Shown here piece after piece: positions 53,791 to 63,056 of a stretch of DNA of 64,000 nt (its first letter is position 1; every line of letters begins with the position of its first letter). Position numbers and translations under genes: made by a program. The notes under the pieces are model-generated. The model did no database searches, had not been told where the DNA came from, and worked only from the letters and a program-made list of their open reading frames with translations. Source of the stretch: Fidelibacterota bacterium (GTDB lineage: Bacteria > Pseudomonadota > Alphaproteobacteria > Rhodospirillales > Rhodospirillaceae). The DNA lies in the NCBI GenBank assembly GCA_002712165.1, contig PASS01000080.1, positions 27,022 to 91,021 on the forward strand, read 5' to 3'.

Positions 53791-54882
53791 TTACGCAATC
53801 CTGCTGAACCACATCATGGATAACAGAGCTGACATGACTGCAAGTGTTACGGCGAGGGCGGAGAAAAGTGCTGTTATTTCTGTCTCTTTTTTTTCTAGAA
53901 CCAACTGAGCATTGAGACCTTGATAGATTTTTTTCAGGTCAATGGCGGATCCTGCATAGAAATATTCGCCGCGGGTGATGTCGGCTATAGACTTTAAAGT
54001 CTCCTCGTCCAAGCGCACGCGCATGGACCAGCCCTGAAATCCAAGAGTTGCACCCTCCGGTGTCCCGATACCGACTGTATACACGCGGACACCCTTTTTT
54101 GCGGCTAGGTGGGCGGCTTCAATTGGGTCCGGCCCTGTCGTCGCTTGCCCATCGGTTAATAAGATGATGGCTGCTGATTGGTAGGAGCCAGGTTCGGCCG
54201 GTTCTTCCTCTTTTTGAGTTTCTTCTTCCCCACCCATGATTGGGCCCAGGCTTCGTTCCATGCCGGATAAACTTCCCAAGGGCCGGCCTCGCCGGCGCTG
54301 ATTACGCCAGCGATCGTGGCCCATATCGCCGAGATCAAAGTTAGCACTGGGGAAGAGTTCTTGCAGCGAAGCGAGAATGCCGCTGCCAATAGCTGTTCCC
54401 CGATGTGTCGTGAACCGCTCAATAGAACCTAATATGTCTTCACGTACAAAAGTTGGTGGCTGCACGGTCAAGGCTGTTCCCGCAAACGCGACAATGCCAA
54501 TACGTGTAGAGCTTGGCTGCTCGGCCACAAAGGTGCGCGCTGCGTCCTGGGCGGCTACGAGCCGACTGGGCTCAACGTCTACCGCACGCATACTGCCAGA
54601 GACATCCATGGCTAGAATCACCGTATCGCGCTGGGTGGGTAAGGTAATGACGGCTGCTGGTCGGGCGATGGCGGTGATCATAACGATCAGTGCCAGTAGA
54701 AAAAGAAATGGCGGAATATGGCGCCGAAATTTCTGTCCTGCGCCCAAGGCATCTTTAACTGTGCTAAGACCGGAATAGCGGATGGCAGTTAGGTTTTTAC
54801 GTCGGAGTAATAGAAAATAAGCCACTACGAGCAGTGGCACCGTCAAGAGTAAGTATAGGAGATTAGGCCATAGAAAGGTCAT
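53791..54882 (-). CDS. VWA-domain membrane protein (BatA-like)
   Basis: N- and C-terminal TM helices and the MIDAS motif DVSGSM. Overlaps the DUF58 gene by 20 nt. Confidence 0.8.
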   Translation of the reverse strand: MTFLWPNLLYLLLTVPLLVVAYFLLLRRKNLTAIRYSGLSTVKDALGAGQKFRRHIPPFLFLLALIVMITAIARPAAVITLPTQRDTVILAMDVSGSMRAVDVEPSRLVAAQDAARTFVAEQPSSTRIGIVAFAGTALTVQPPTFVREDILGSIERFTTHRGTAIGSGILASLQELFPSANFDLGDMGHDRWRNQRRRGRPLGSLSGMERSLGPIMGGEEETQKEEEPAEPGSYQSAAIILLTDGQATTGPDPIEAAHLAAKKGVRVYTVGIGTPEGATLGFQGWSMRVRLDEETLKSIADITRGEYFYAGSAIDLKKIYQGLNAQLVLEKKETEITALFSALAVTLAVMSALLSMMWFSRIA

Positions 54883-55804
54883 GGCAGGCCTCCATTTTTT
54901 TTAGTGATCCGCTGCCTTTACGTTGGCTTTGTAATTTGCGCAATTCAACAAACCTTATAATAGATTCTATCAAATTATCTGTGGTCGATAATTCAAGGGT
55001 ATCTACTCCGGCACTGATCAAGGCATTCCGTAACTCAATTTCCTTAGTTTGCGCGACTGCAGCGAAGCGCGTACGAAACTTTTTATCATGAGTATCAACA
55101 AGCATTTGCTCGCCGGTCTCGGAGTCTTGCATAACAATAAAGCCAAGATCGGGGAGGTCCATTTCTAGAGCATCATAAAGGCGAACGGCAACCAGTTCGT
55201 GGCGTTGGGCTAGTTGAGTTAAGGGACCTGACCACCCAGGCAAACTTATGAAGTCGGAGACTAGAAAAACTAGAGATCGCTGTTTAATAATCTGCCGGGC
55301 CGTGACGATAAAATTAGACAGATCGGTTGTCTGCGTCGTTGAATTTTCAGGTCTCGTCAACAAGCGATTTAGAATGTGCAGTACATGTTTCCGACCACCG
55401 CGTGGTCGAATGACTCCTTCCACTCCTCCACTATATAGCAAAACCCCGGTGCGATTGCCGTGGCGGGTTAGAATTCGTGCGAACACGCCGATAAAGTCTA
55501 TTAGCACCATGAGTTTTTTGACACTTTTTGAGCCAAAGTACACAGATGGGCTTAGGTCGAGGAGGAACCATGCGGTAACTTCGCGGTCTTCATTATATTC
55601 GCGCACATAGGGTGCTTGCATACGCGCAGTGACGTTCCAGTCCATGTGACGAACGTCATCGTTCACCTGGTATTCGCGTAGGTCTGCAAAATCAAGGCCG
55701 AATCCCCGGAATAATGATCGATAGTTTCCATTTAAGAGGCCATCTAATCGGCGGATAATCGTCCATTCTAGACGTCTAAGAATTACTTCAGGATTAGATG
55801 GCAT
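54863..55804 (-). CDS. DUF58 domain protein
   Basis: FADLREYQVNDDVRHMDWNVTAR is the DUF58 signature. Overlaps the MoxR gene by 11 nt. Confidence 0.85.
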   Translation of the reverse strand: MPSNPEVILRRLEWTIIRRLDGLLNGNYRSLFRGFGLDFADLREYQVNDDVRHMDWNVTARMQAPYVREYNEDREVTAWFLLDLSPSVYFGSKSVKKLMVLIDFIGVFARILTRHGNRTGVLLYSGGVEGVIRPRGGRKHVLHILNRLLTRPENSTTQTTDLSNFIVTARQIIKQRSLVFLVSDFISLPGWSGPLTQLAQRHELVAVRLYDALEMDLPDLGFIVMQDSETGEQMLVDTHDKKFRTRFAAVAQTKEIELRNALISAGVDTLELSTTDNLIESIIRFVELRKLQSQRKGSGSLKKMEACHDLSMA

Positions 55805-56804
55805 TTGCGAAATGGGCCTCTAGTGGTTTTTCGGGAGCAGGAACATTATCCATAATCCGCAAAATAATTTGGTCGGCCGTTAGCGATTCAGCTAAGGCTT
55901 CGTAGGACAAGACGATCCGGTGACGGAATACGTCTGGTGCTAAATCAACCACTTCCTGGGGCAAAACATAGTCCCGGCCTCGCAGGAAGGCGAGGGCCCG
56001 AGCACTTTCTATAAGATGAATAGTCGCACGTGGACTGGCTCCAAATGTAATAAATTTGGCTAAATCTGCGATACCGTATTTTTCCGGATCGCGTGTTGCT
56101 GCTGTCAGACGCACCGCATATTGCATCAGCGCTGGGTCCACGTAGGCATTTCGGCATTTTTTCTGAACCGCTTGAATCTGCTCAGTATTGGCAACTGTAG
56201 CGACCGCTTTTGCAATTCCAGTCACGCGTTCGACAATAACAAATTCTTCTTCTTCGGTTGGGTAGTCTACTAGAACCTTCATCATAAAGCGGTCTACCTG
56301 AGCCTCGGGTAGCGGGTAAGTTCCTTCTGTTTCGATGGGATTCTGCGTAGCCATCACAAGAAATGGTCTCGGTACTGGGTGAGTTTGGCCGGCAATAGTG
56401 ACTTGGTATTCCTGCATAACTTCGAGAAGTGCGCTTTGCACTTTGGCTGGTGCGCGGTTGATTTCGTCGGCGAGTAATAGATTGGTAAACACTGGTCCAA
56501 GTGAAGTGGTGAATTCGCCAGTTTTCTGGCTGTAAATACGCGTGCCTACAAGATCCGCTGGCACAAGATCAGGTGTAAATTGAATACGTTTAAAATTTCC
56601 GCGTATAGTTTTAGCAAGAGTTTTGATTGTGAGAGTCTTGGCTAGGCCAGGCACTCCTTCTACTAGCAAGTGCCCTTGTGCTAGTATAGCGACCAGAACA
56701 CGTTCAAGAAAACGGTCTTGGCCAACTACGATTTTCTTGACCTCATACAGCACACGTTCCATGAGTATTGAAATATCTGTGCTTTTCGGATCGTTGGTAT
56801 CCAT
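55794..56804 (-). CDS. MoxR-family AAA+ ATPase
   Basis: Walker A GVPGLAKT, Walker B LLADEINRA, and the MoxR-type C-terminal lid. Confidence 0.9.
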   Translation of the reverse strand: MDTNDPKSTDISILMERVLYEVKKIVVGQDRFLERVLVAILAQGHLLVEGVPGLAKTLTIKTLAKTIRGNFKRIQFTPDLVPADLVGTRIYSQKTGEFTTSLGPVFTNLLLADEINRAPAKVQSALLEVMQEYQVTIAGQTHPVPRPFLVMATQNPIETEGTYPLPEAQVDRFMMKVLVDYPTEEEEFVIVERVTGIAKAVATVANTEQIQAVQKKCRNAYVDPALMQYAVRLTAATRDPEKYGIADLAKFITFGASPRATIHLIESARALAFLRGRDYVLPQEVVDLAPDVFRHRIVLSYEALAESLTADQIILRIMDNVPAPEKPLEAHFANAI

Positions 56805-56828
56805 AGCGCCCCGCTTCTTACTCGAATA

Positions 56829-57752
56829 TTAAAATGGTGACATGCCAGCCGCGGAGGCGGCGTTTTCAATAGGTACGGCAAAGCCGATACCGATGAATAC
56901 GCGTTGATCCGACGGGTTAAGAATAGCTGTGATGATACCCACCACTTCGCCGTTTACTGTTGCTAATGGCCCTCCTGAATTTCCAGGGTTAGCAGCCGCA
57001 TCGAACTGTATGAGATTGGAGAGAACCCGTTCGCCTTTTGGGTTTCGGTATTCGCGTCCAAATCCTGAAATCACACCCGAGGACACAGACGGGCCGATAC
57101 CAAATGGATAACCAATAGCGATTACCTCATCACCCAACGCAAGATCGGCGGTTGAACGCATTGTGGCGGGGATCAGGTCATCAGGTAAGACTTTGGCCTG
57201 AATGACAGCTAAGTCATCCTCGGGCTGTACAGAGATTATATCGGCATCCGACTCTGAGCCATCAGAAAAAGTTACTTTGATACTTTGCGCTGTGCTGACA
57301 ACATGAAAATTAGTGAGGATAATACCGCTATCTACAATAACGACACCTGTGCCAGTGCCATCGGGTGTATCCTCACCGCTTTCCTCATCTACTTTATAGG
57401 TTTGCACACGCACCACAGACGGCCGTACAGTTTGATATGCTGCTGATGCACCTGAATATTTCGGAGGCATATTCTCGAGTGAGTGCTGGACCGCAAGGTC
57501 GATATCTTTCTGCGTAAGTGATAAAGGGTTAGTCAATTGGGAATAACCGAGAACGATAACCAGAGTGAATGCGCCACTTCCTATAAAAAGTAATAACCGT
57601 TCATACCGCTCATAAAAAATGCGCCACCAGTTCTTCGAGGAGATTGTGGTTTCTGGTGTGACCCTATTTACTGAGGAAGCCACCGGACTAACACGTGTGG
57701 CATCTCCTGCACGTCTGCGATCGGATCGACTGTATATAGTGGCTCTCTTCAT
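56829..57752 (-). CDS. membrane-anchored trypsin-like (S1C/HtrA-type) serine protease without a PDZ domain
   Basis: One TM helix (LLLFIGSGAFTLVIVLGY), a His region ILTNFHV, an Asp region EDDLAVI, and the catalytic Ser in GNSGGPL. Ends 24 nt upstream of the MoxR gene. Confidence 0.8.
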   Translation of the reverse strand: MKRATIYSRSDRRRAGDATRVSPVASSVNRVTPETTISSKNWWRIFYERYERLLLFIGSGAFTLVIVLGYSQLTNPLSLTQKDIDLAVQHSLENMPPKYSGASAAYQTVRPSVVRVQTYKVDEESGEDTPDGTGTGVVIVDSGIILTNFHVVSTAQSIKVTFSDGSESDADIISVQPEDDLAVIQAKVLPDDLIPATMRSTADLALGDEVIAIGYPFGIGPSVSSGVISGFGREYRNPKGERVLSNLIQFDAAANPGNSGGPLATVNGEVVGIITAILNPSDQRVFIGIGFAVPIENAASAAGMSPF

Positions 57753-58049
57753 TTGGGGGTGTCCATTTCGGGTGCAGGCTAAACAACAGGGGCTCAGCGT
57801 ATTCAAATTTATGGGCGAAACAAAGGAGCAATTGGACGGGTCTGTAACAGATTGTCAGGAAACCACCAATTTTGGCTATAAGTCGCTCTTTTCTTAGCGT
57901 TCAGCTAGCAGCGATACAGATATTAAGTGTGAGTGGGGCTGCGATCACCCCTTATTAAAAAAATTTAGAGGTGGCGTAAGAGGCATTACGCCATAGTGTT
58001 GCCAATCTATAGGGTGCCGTTTACGTCTGTGCCATACATGGAGCCAATT

Positions 58050-58661
58050 ATGACTCGATTCTTTTGCCTTGTTGTATTTTGTATAGGGCTTGTCTTTATC
58101 GTCGTGCCGACGGGTATCTATGCAGAAGAAAAGCCGTCCGTCGTTGTTGAAAAATTACATAGTGGTTTGTTGGCCAATATGAAGGATGCCAAAGCACTTA
58201 AATTTGAAGGTCGGCGCAACCTATTAGCACCAATAGTCCGTGATGTATTTGATCTTGAGACCATGGCAAGAGTTTCATCTGGCATTGCATGGCAAAAAAT
58301 GAGTGAAAATGAACGAACAGCAGTGGTAGAAGCTTTTTCTGACTGGACAATTGCAAACTACGCCTCACAGTTTGATAATTTTGAAGGCGAGTACTTCGAA
58401 ATCAAGGGTGAAGCGGATGCTGGGCGCGGCAATATTATGGTGAGCACAGAAATACACACTAGGTCTGAGATTGTTGTTCTCGATTATCGTTTGCGGCAGA
58501 CAAGCAAGAAGTGGCGGATTATTGACATTTACATGGATGGCTCGATTAGTCAGTTGGCATTGCGTCGAGGTGAATTCTCTACTGTATTGGGTCGGGGTGG
58601 GGTCGATAAACTAGTGGATCATATGCGTAGCTTGGCTGCAAAACTGGCAGCGGGTGTTTAA
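58050..58661 (+). CDS. hpnM: MlaC/Ttg2D-family lipid-binding protein, HpnM-like
   Basis: Signal peptide and the Ttg2D pattern (FDLETMARVSSGIAWQKMSENER...WRIIDIYMDGSISQLALRRGEF). Convergent with hpnN, with a 4-nt overlap. Confidence 0.7.
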   Translation: MTRFFCLVVFCIGLVFIVVPTGIYAEEKPSVVVEKLHSGLLANMKDAKALKFEGRRNLLAPIVRDVFDLETMARVSSGIAWQKMSENERTAVVEAFSDWTIANYASQFDNFEGEYFEIKGEADAGRGNIMVSTEIHTRSEIVVLDYRLRQTSKKWRIIDIYMDGSISQLALRRGEFSTVLGRGGVDKLVDHMRSLAAKLAAGV

Positions 58662-61267
58662 TTGGTTTTGACTGGAGGCGTTCCTAATAAGGCCGGTAGC
58701 ACAAATAATGTTGAAATCAGTGTGTAGGCCATCGCTAATGTTAGTAGTATGCCCATACTTGCGGTGCCGGTGTGGGTAGACAATGCGAGGCTGCCGAATG
58801 CTGCTGTAGTCGTCAGAGCGCTAAAAAGCATGGCGCGCCCGGGTGGGGCGGTGAGTAAAGTGGTCTCGCCCGCGCGCCATGCCATCACAAAATAAATCGG
58901 GTAGGCCACGCCAACGCCTAGCAGAAGAGGTAGGGCTATTATATTGGCGAAGTTTAGTGGAAAACCGATTGCAGCACATGTGCCTAGCGTAAGAGTAGCT
59001 GCGAGCATTAGAGGTGCTAGGACTCTCAGAACATCTCCAATGCTGCGCATCACAAAGATAAGCAGTATGCTGATTGCGATCACGGCTAAGATCGCCGCTG
59101 ATGCAAAGGCGCGGGTTACTAATTTTCCGGTCTCAAAAATGGTAACTGGGTCACCGCTAACGCTTGGTGCTACCGCGCGAACAGACAATACAAAACGGGT
59201 GAGTGTGTATATGTCTGGTTTTATCTCGGCAGGTAGGATCTGCAACCGATAATGTTCGTCTTTACCAATAAAAGTATCTCGTAAATATTTGGGTAGATCA
59301 TCGATGGAAATATAATCGGCTTCCAGGCTCACTTTTAATGGCGCGAGCGCTTGATCGAATCCACTGAGAAGGCTGCTTGATAGAGACTTGAGAGTCTCGT
59401 CATCCGCGTCGTGTACGAGGCGGTTAAGTATTGGCACAAGACGCTCGGCAGCTCTTTGTAAATCTCCAGCCGCTTTTTCTGTTTCAAGATAGCTACTGAT
59501 GCTGTCTTCTGCACTTGCTGCCGCTTTTCGAATATCATCGAGTGGTGGCATGGCGTTAGAAGCTTGGTCTAGTACCGGGCCTAGCATAAGATAGAGGTCA
59601 TCAATGATCGCGAGTTTCTCGTCCTGATTCTTGGGTATAAGATCAAATACTGTCACTGTTTGACCGACTACGGGCAGTCTTTCTAATTGGTTTGCCAACC
59701 TGAGAAGTTCGGACTCACTTTTAATCAACAAATTTAGGGTGTTGGGATTAATTAAGGGATCATCCATAAGTTCCAGTGCGGTAGACATAGACTCTGTGTT
59801 GGGGTCTTTTAGTTTTAGCGGATCAAAGTCGAATATAAGGCGCGGCAAAATCGCGAGGGATACAACGGCTGACAGTGCTGCTAGAAAAAGAACAGCACTG
59901 CGGTAAGTGATCAGCGCCTGGTTGATAGGTGCTGCTTTTAAATAACCTATACGGCTTGTATCTCTGTTTGGGCGGATAAGTGTAAGTATTGCGGGAAGTA
60001 CCGTAAAACTGAGCAGAACAGCAATAAGCATACCGCCACCGGCAATAACACCAAGCTGGGATACACCAAGATAATCTGTGGGCAAAAATGAGAAAAATCC
60101 GATTGCAGTTGCTGTCGCAGCTAAGAATAATGGCTTCGCCATGATGGCGCCGGTATTATCCAATGCGTTCCTGAATGCTTCTGGTATGTCGGGTTGATCA
60201 TATAATTCGGCTCGATATCGCGTGCAGAATTGAATACTAAAATCAACGGCTAAGCCTACGAACATGATTGCGAAAGCAACTGAAATCAAATTTATTTCAC
60301 CTACAGATAAAGCAGCCCAACCAAAAGTTAAAAGAAGGCCGATAACAAGTGTGATGATAGCTGCTGCTACGGCATAGCTCGAACCCAATGCTAAAAATAA
60401 GAGGATGGCAACTAGCGTCATGGCCACTAAGCCGGCAACGCTGGTGCCTTCTGCGACTGTGGCGAACTCCTCGTCGTTGAGGGGAATTTGGCCGGTTAGG
60501 CGCAAGCGGTAGCCATTATTGGGTGTTATTTCGAGGTCTTTTGCTGTTTTTCGAATGAGTGTTGCAGCTTTTTCGCCTTGCTGGAGTGCGCCGATATTTA
60601 AGACAGGTTTGGAGATGACCATAGAACGCGCTGTCTGACCTGGTGGTGTGAGTGCCGTGAATAAATTCTCCCAGTTCATACTGGTTGGCTCACCATTTAG
60701 ATGCTTCTCAATGACTTTTGCAGATTGGTTGGCGGTTGGTGCAAAAGCGACTGTGGAGTCTTCTCCTTCTGCCGCTGCGGTATAAGCAAAATCAAGAAGT
60801 TGGAGAAGACCTCGCGCATTGCGGTCGGTGGCAATGGCGCCCAGTAATGGCTGTGCGATGGCAAGTTCGGTAGCAAGGGTGTCCAAATCCTCTATTGATA
60901 GATAAAGTAAGCCGTTTTTTTCAAAAAAAGTACCGCCAGTTGGATTACGAACGGACTCGAAAATATCTGTATGCGGGGCTAAGGACTCGGCGAGGCGATT
61001 AGCTGCAGACTGCGCATCCTGCACAGTTGGTCCGTCGATAACAGCAACAGTAAGGTCATATTCGCTTGGAAATTGAAGTTCAAAATTATTTTCTGCGATG
61101 CGAAACGGCAAATCTTTGGCGAATAGTGCTCGAGTATCGGTATTAAACGTTAGAGTTTCAGTGGCGCCAAGTGTTGCCAAAGCTGCAGCCAAAATCGAAG
61201 ACCCAAGTATGACCCAAGGGCGACGATGGCTTAAACCAACGAGTATGCGGGAGAGTGTATTCAGCAT
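58658..61267 (-). CDS. hpnN: RND/MMPL-type hopanoid transporter
   Basis: 869 aa with two 6-TM bundles and two large periplasmic loops, giving an HpnN-like architecture, next to hpnM. Confidence 0.85.
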   Translation of the reverse strand: MLNTLSRILVGLSHRRPWVILGSSILAAALATLGATETLTFNTDTRALFAKDLPFRIAENNFELQFPSEYDLTVAVIDGPTVQDAQSAANRLAESLAPHTDIFESVRNPTGGTFFEKNGLLYLSIEDLDTLATELAIAQPLLGAIATDRNARGLLQLLDFAYTAAAEGEDSTVAFAPTANQSAKVIEKHLNGEPTSMNWENLFTALTPPGQTARSMVISKPVLNIGALQQGEKAATLIRKTAKDLEITPNNGYRLRLTGQIPLNDEEFATVAEGTSVAGLVAMTLVAILLFLALGSSYAVAAAIITLVIGLLLTFGWAALSVGEINLISVAFAIMFVGLAVDFSIQFCTRYRAELYDQPDIPEAFRNALDNTGAIMAKPLFLAATATAIGFFSFLPTDYLGVSQLGVIAGGGMLIAVLLSFTVLPAILTLIRPNRDTSRIGYLKAAPINQALITYRSAVLFLAALSAVVSLAILPRLIFDFDPLKLKDPNTESMSTALELMDDPLINPNTLNLLIKSESELLRLANQLERLPVVGQTVTVFDLIPKNQDEKLAIIDDLYLMLGPVLDQASNAMPPLDDIRKAAASAEDSISSYLETEKAAGDLQRAAERLVPILNRLVHDADDETLKSLSSSLLSGFDQALAPLKVSLEADYISIDDLPKYLRDTFIGKDEHYRLQILPAEIKPDIYTLTRFVLSVRAVAPSVSGDPVTIFETGKLVTRAFASAAILAVIAISILLIFVMRSIGDVLRVLAPLMLAATLTLGTCAAIGFPLNFANIIALPLLLGVGVAYPIYFVMAWRAGETTLLTAPPGRAMLFSALTTTAAFGSLALSTHTGTASMGILLTLAMAYTLISTLFVLPALLGTPPVKTN

Positions 61268-61404
61268 TTTTGATTAAAAATTAGTATGGTCCTAATGATA
61301 ACCTTAAAATTTTAAGTAATTAGTACGGTTAATTCTGTCACCGTTTACCCTAAAGTGACACTATATTACGCTGCGAACAAATTGTGTTTATGGAGGGCTT
61401 AAAA

Positions 61405-61956
61405 ATGCGGTCGCGCGGTATCACGGCGATTTTGTTAATAGCGGGGTTAGCGGGCGCCGGTTTAGCGATTGCCGTTGTAGCTAGGCCAGGCTCGGGTGAT
61501 TCTACCGGTGGCGAATCGGCGCAAATTAATGCTTGCGATATGATAAATGCTGCCGATGTGCAGCGAGTCATTGGGGTCGCGGTTAGGACGGGAGATAGGC
61601 AGGATGACGGCATTACACGTGACGGCGCATATTCTTCCACATGCTACTGGGGAACCAGTGAAGTGCCCGAAGAGGGCGGTACTTACGCGATTCTTAACAT
61701 GATGTTTTGGCCAGAGGGTAGCGAAGGCCCAAAGCACTTTTTAGAGTCTTTCCATGAGGCCGCTGCAGAGCATGTCATTCCTAGCGAACCCGAACCACTG
61801 CCCTACGGCGACCAATCTCTTTGGTGGGGTGATGGCGTGGCAGTAGCTATTGGTGACGTGAGTTTTGGAATTTCCGTGCGGCATTCAAGTCCAGACAAAT
61901 CCATTCGTCGTATAATGGAGGAAATGCTAGCGAAAAAGATTCTAGAAAACTTCTAG
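61405..61956 (+). CDS. exported hypothetical protein
   Basis: N-terminal anchor MRSRGITAILLIAGLAGAGLAIAVV. No family recognised. Divergent from hpnN. Confidence 0.5.
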   Translation: MRSRGITAILLIAGLAGAGLAIAVVARPGSGDSTGGESAQINACDMINAADVQRVIGVAVRTGDRQDDGITRDGAYSSTCYWGTSEVPEEGGTYAILNMMFWPEGSEGPKHFLESFHEAAAEHVIPSEPEPLPYGDQSLWWGDGVAVAIGDVSFGISVRHSSPDKSIRRIMEEMLAKKILENF

Positions 61957-61988
61957 GTTTCTGAACTTACTATTCGTTAGGGCTAAGC

Positions 61989-62915
61989 TCAGACAGCCAG
62001 CGCTTCTGGCGCCAGCGCCTTGACCATACGCTTCATTCCGTCGCGCCAGTCTACTTTGGTCTCGCCGATCAGTCCGTGCATAATCGTTAGATCAATTGTG
62101 ATACTACCGAAGGCCATAGCGTTGGGCATGAGTTTTGGCTCTAGTCCGGTTAGTTCGCCTATGTAATTGCACCATTCTTCAATACTGACTTTTTGAGAGC
62201 CGCCGAAGTTAGTAAGTGTGATGTCCTTACTAGCGCAGGCGAGTAAGCGTGGAATTTTTTCAATGTAGTCATCAACATGGATTGGATTATAAAAATTTGG
62301 GCTTGTCGGGTGGATGATTATTGGCTCTCCTTTACGCATGGCCTCCAAATGCATGGCTGGCCATCCACCATTGTCGCCGTAAGGCACGTTTAAGCGTGCG
62401 ATAGTGGTAGGAACGCCGTAGATGGAGGCCGCAAAGCGGCAGGTACTTTCTGCGGCAATCTTGCAAATAGAGTAGGTAGGCAGGAGATTTTTGTGATTGT
62501 CTCCCATCGGGCTAGATTCCGGGCGCGGCTCTTGGTTGCCTTGAGCATAAATGCCTGTAGTTGAAATGTGCAGAAAAGCCTTCACGTTTTTGCACCGCGC
62601 CATCAAGTGGCCGACGCCTTCTGCATTGCCCTTTAAATCCTCGGCGAAATCACCCGACTTTGCTACGGCAGCGTTGATGACGTAATCCAGATCATCCGGC
62701 ACTGCGGAGAGTGATGCGGGGTCATTTAGGTCCGCTTTTAACGGTGTTGCACCAGCAACTTCCATCGCTTCGCGGTCTTCCTCCTTGCCGTAACGGGCCA
62801 TAGCATAGACATCTGCATTTTTGGCGTAGGCATTCACAAGTGGACGCGCGACCTGACCAGTAACGCCAGTAATTAGTAATTTCTTGCCTTTAAGATCTAC
62901 TGGATCAAATGCCAT
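61989..62915 (-). CDS. NAD-dependent epimerase/dehydratase family protein (possibly HpnA-like)
   Basis: LLITGVTGQVARPL Rossmann motif and an SDR-extended YxxxK (YSICK). A role in hopanoid synthesis is inferred from location only. Confidence 0.75.
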   Translation of the reverse strand: MAFDPVDLKGKKLLITGVTGQVARPLVNAYAKNADVYAMARYGKEEDREAMEVAGATPLKADLNDPASLSAVPDDLDYVINAAVAKSGDFAEDLKGNAEGVGHLMARCKNVKAFLHISTTGIYAQGNQEPRPESSPMGDNHKNLLPTYSICKIAAESTCRFAASIYGVPTTIARLNVPYGDNGGWPAMHLEAMRKGEPIIIHPTSPNFYNPIHVDDYIEKIPRLLACASKDITLTNFGGSQKVSIEEWCNYIGELTGLEPKLMPNAMAFGSITIDLTIMHGLIGETKVDWRDGMKRMVKALAPEALAV

Positions 62916-63056
62916 TGGTTTCCCCTTTTATGCAGGATTGATTTTAGTTGGTCCGCCATTTGCGCTAAACCCCAGAAGAGTCAGCGTTTATAAATCTTAG
63001 TCCGCACCAAATCTGAGAAGATTTAATGGGTGCTATAAAGTCCATGTACTATCTAA

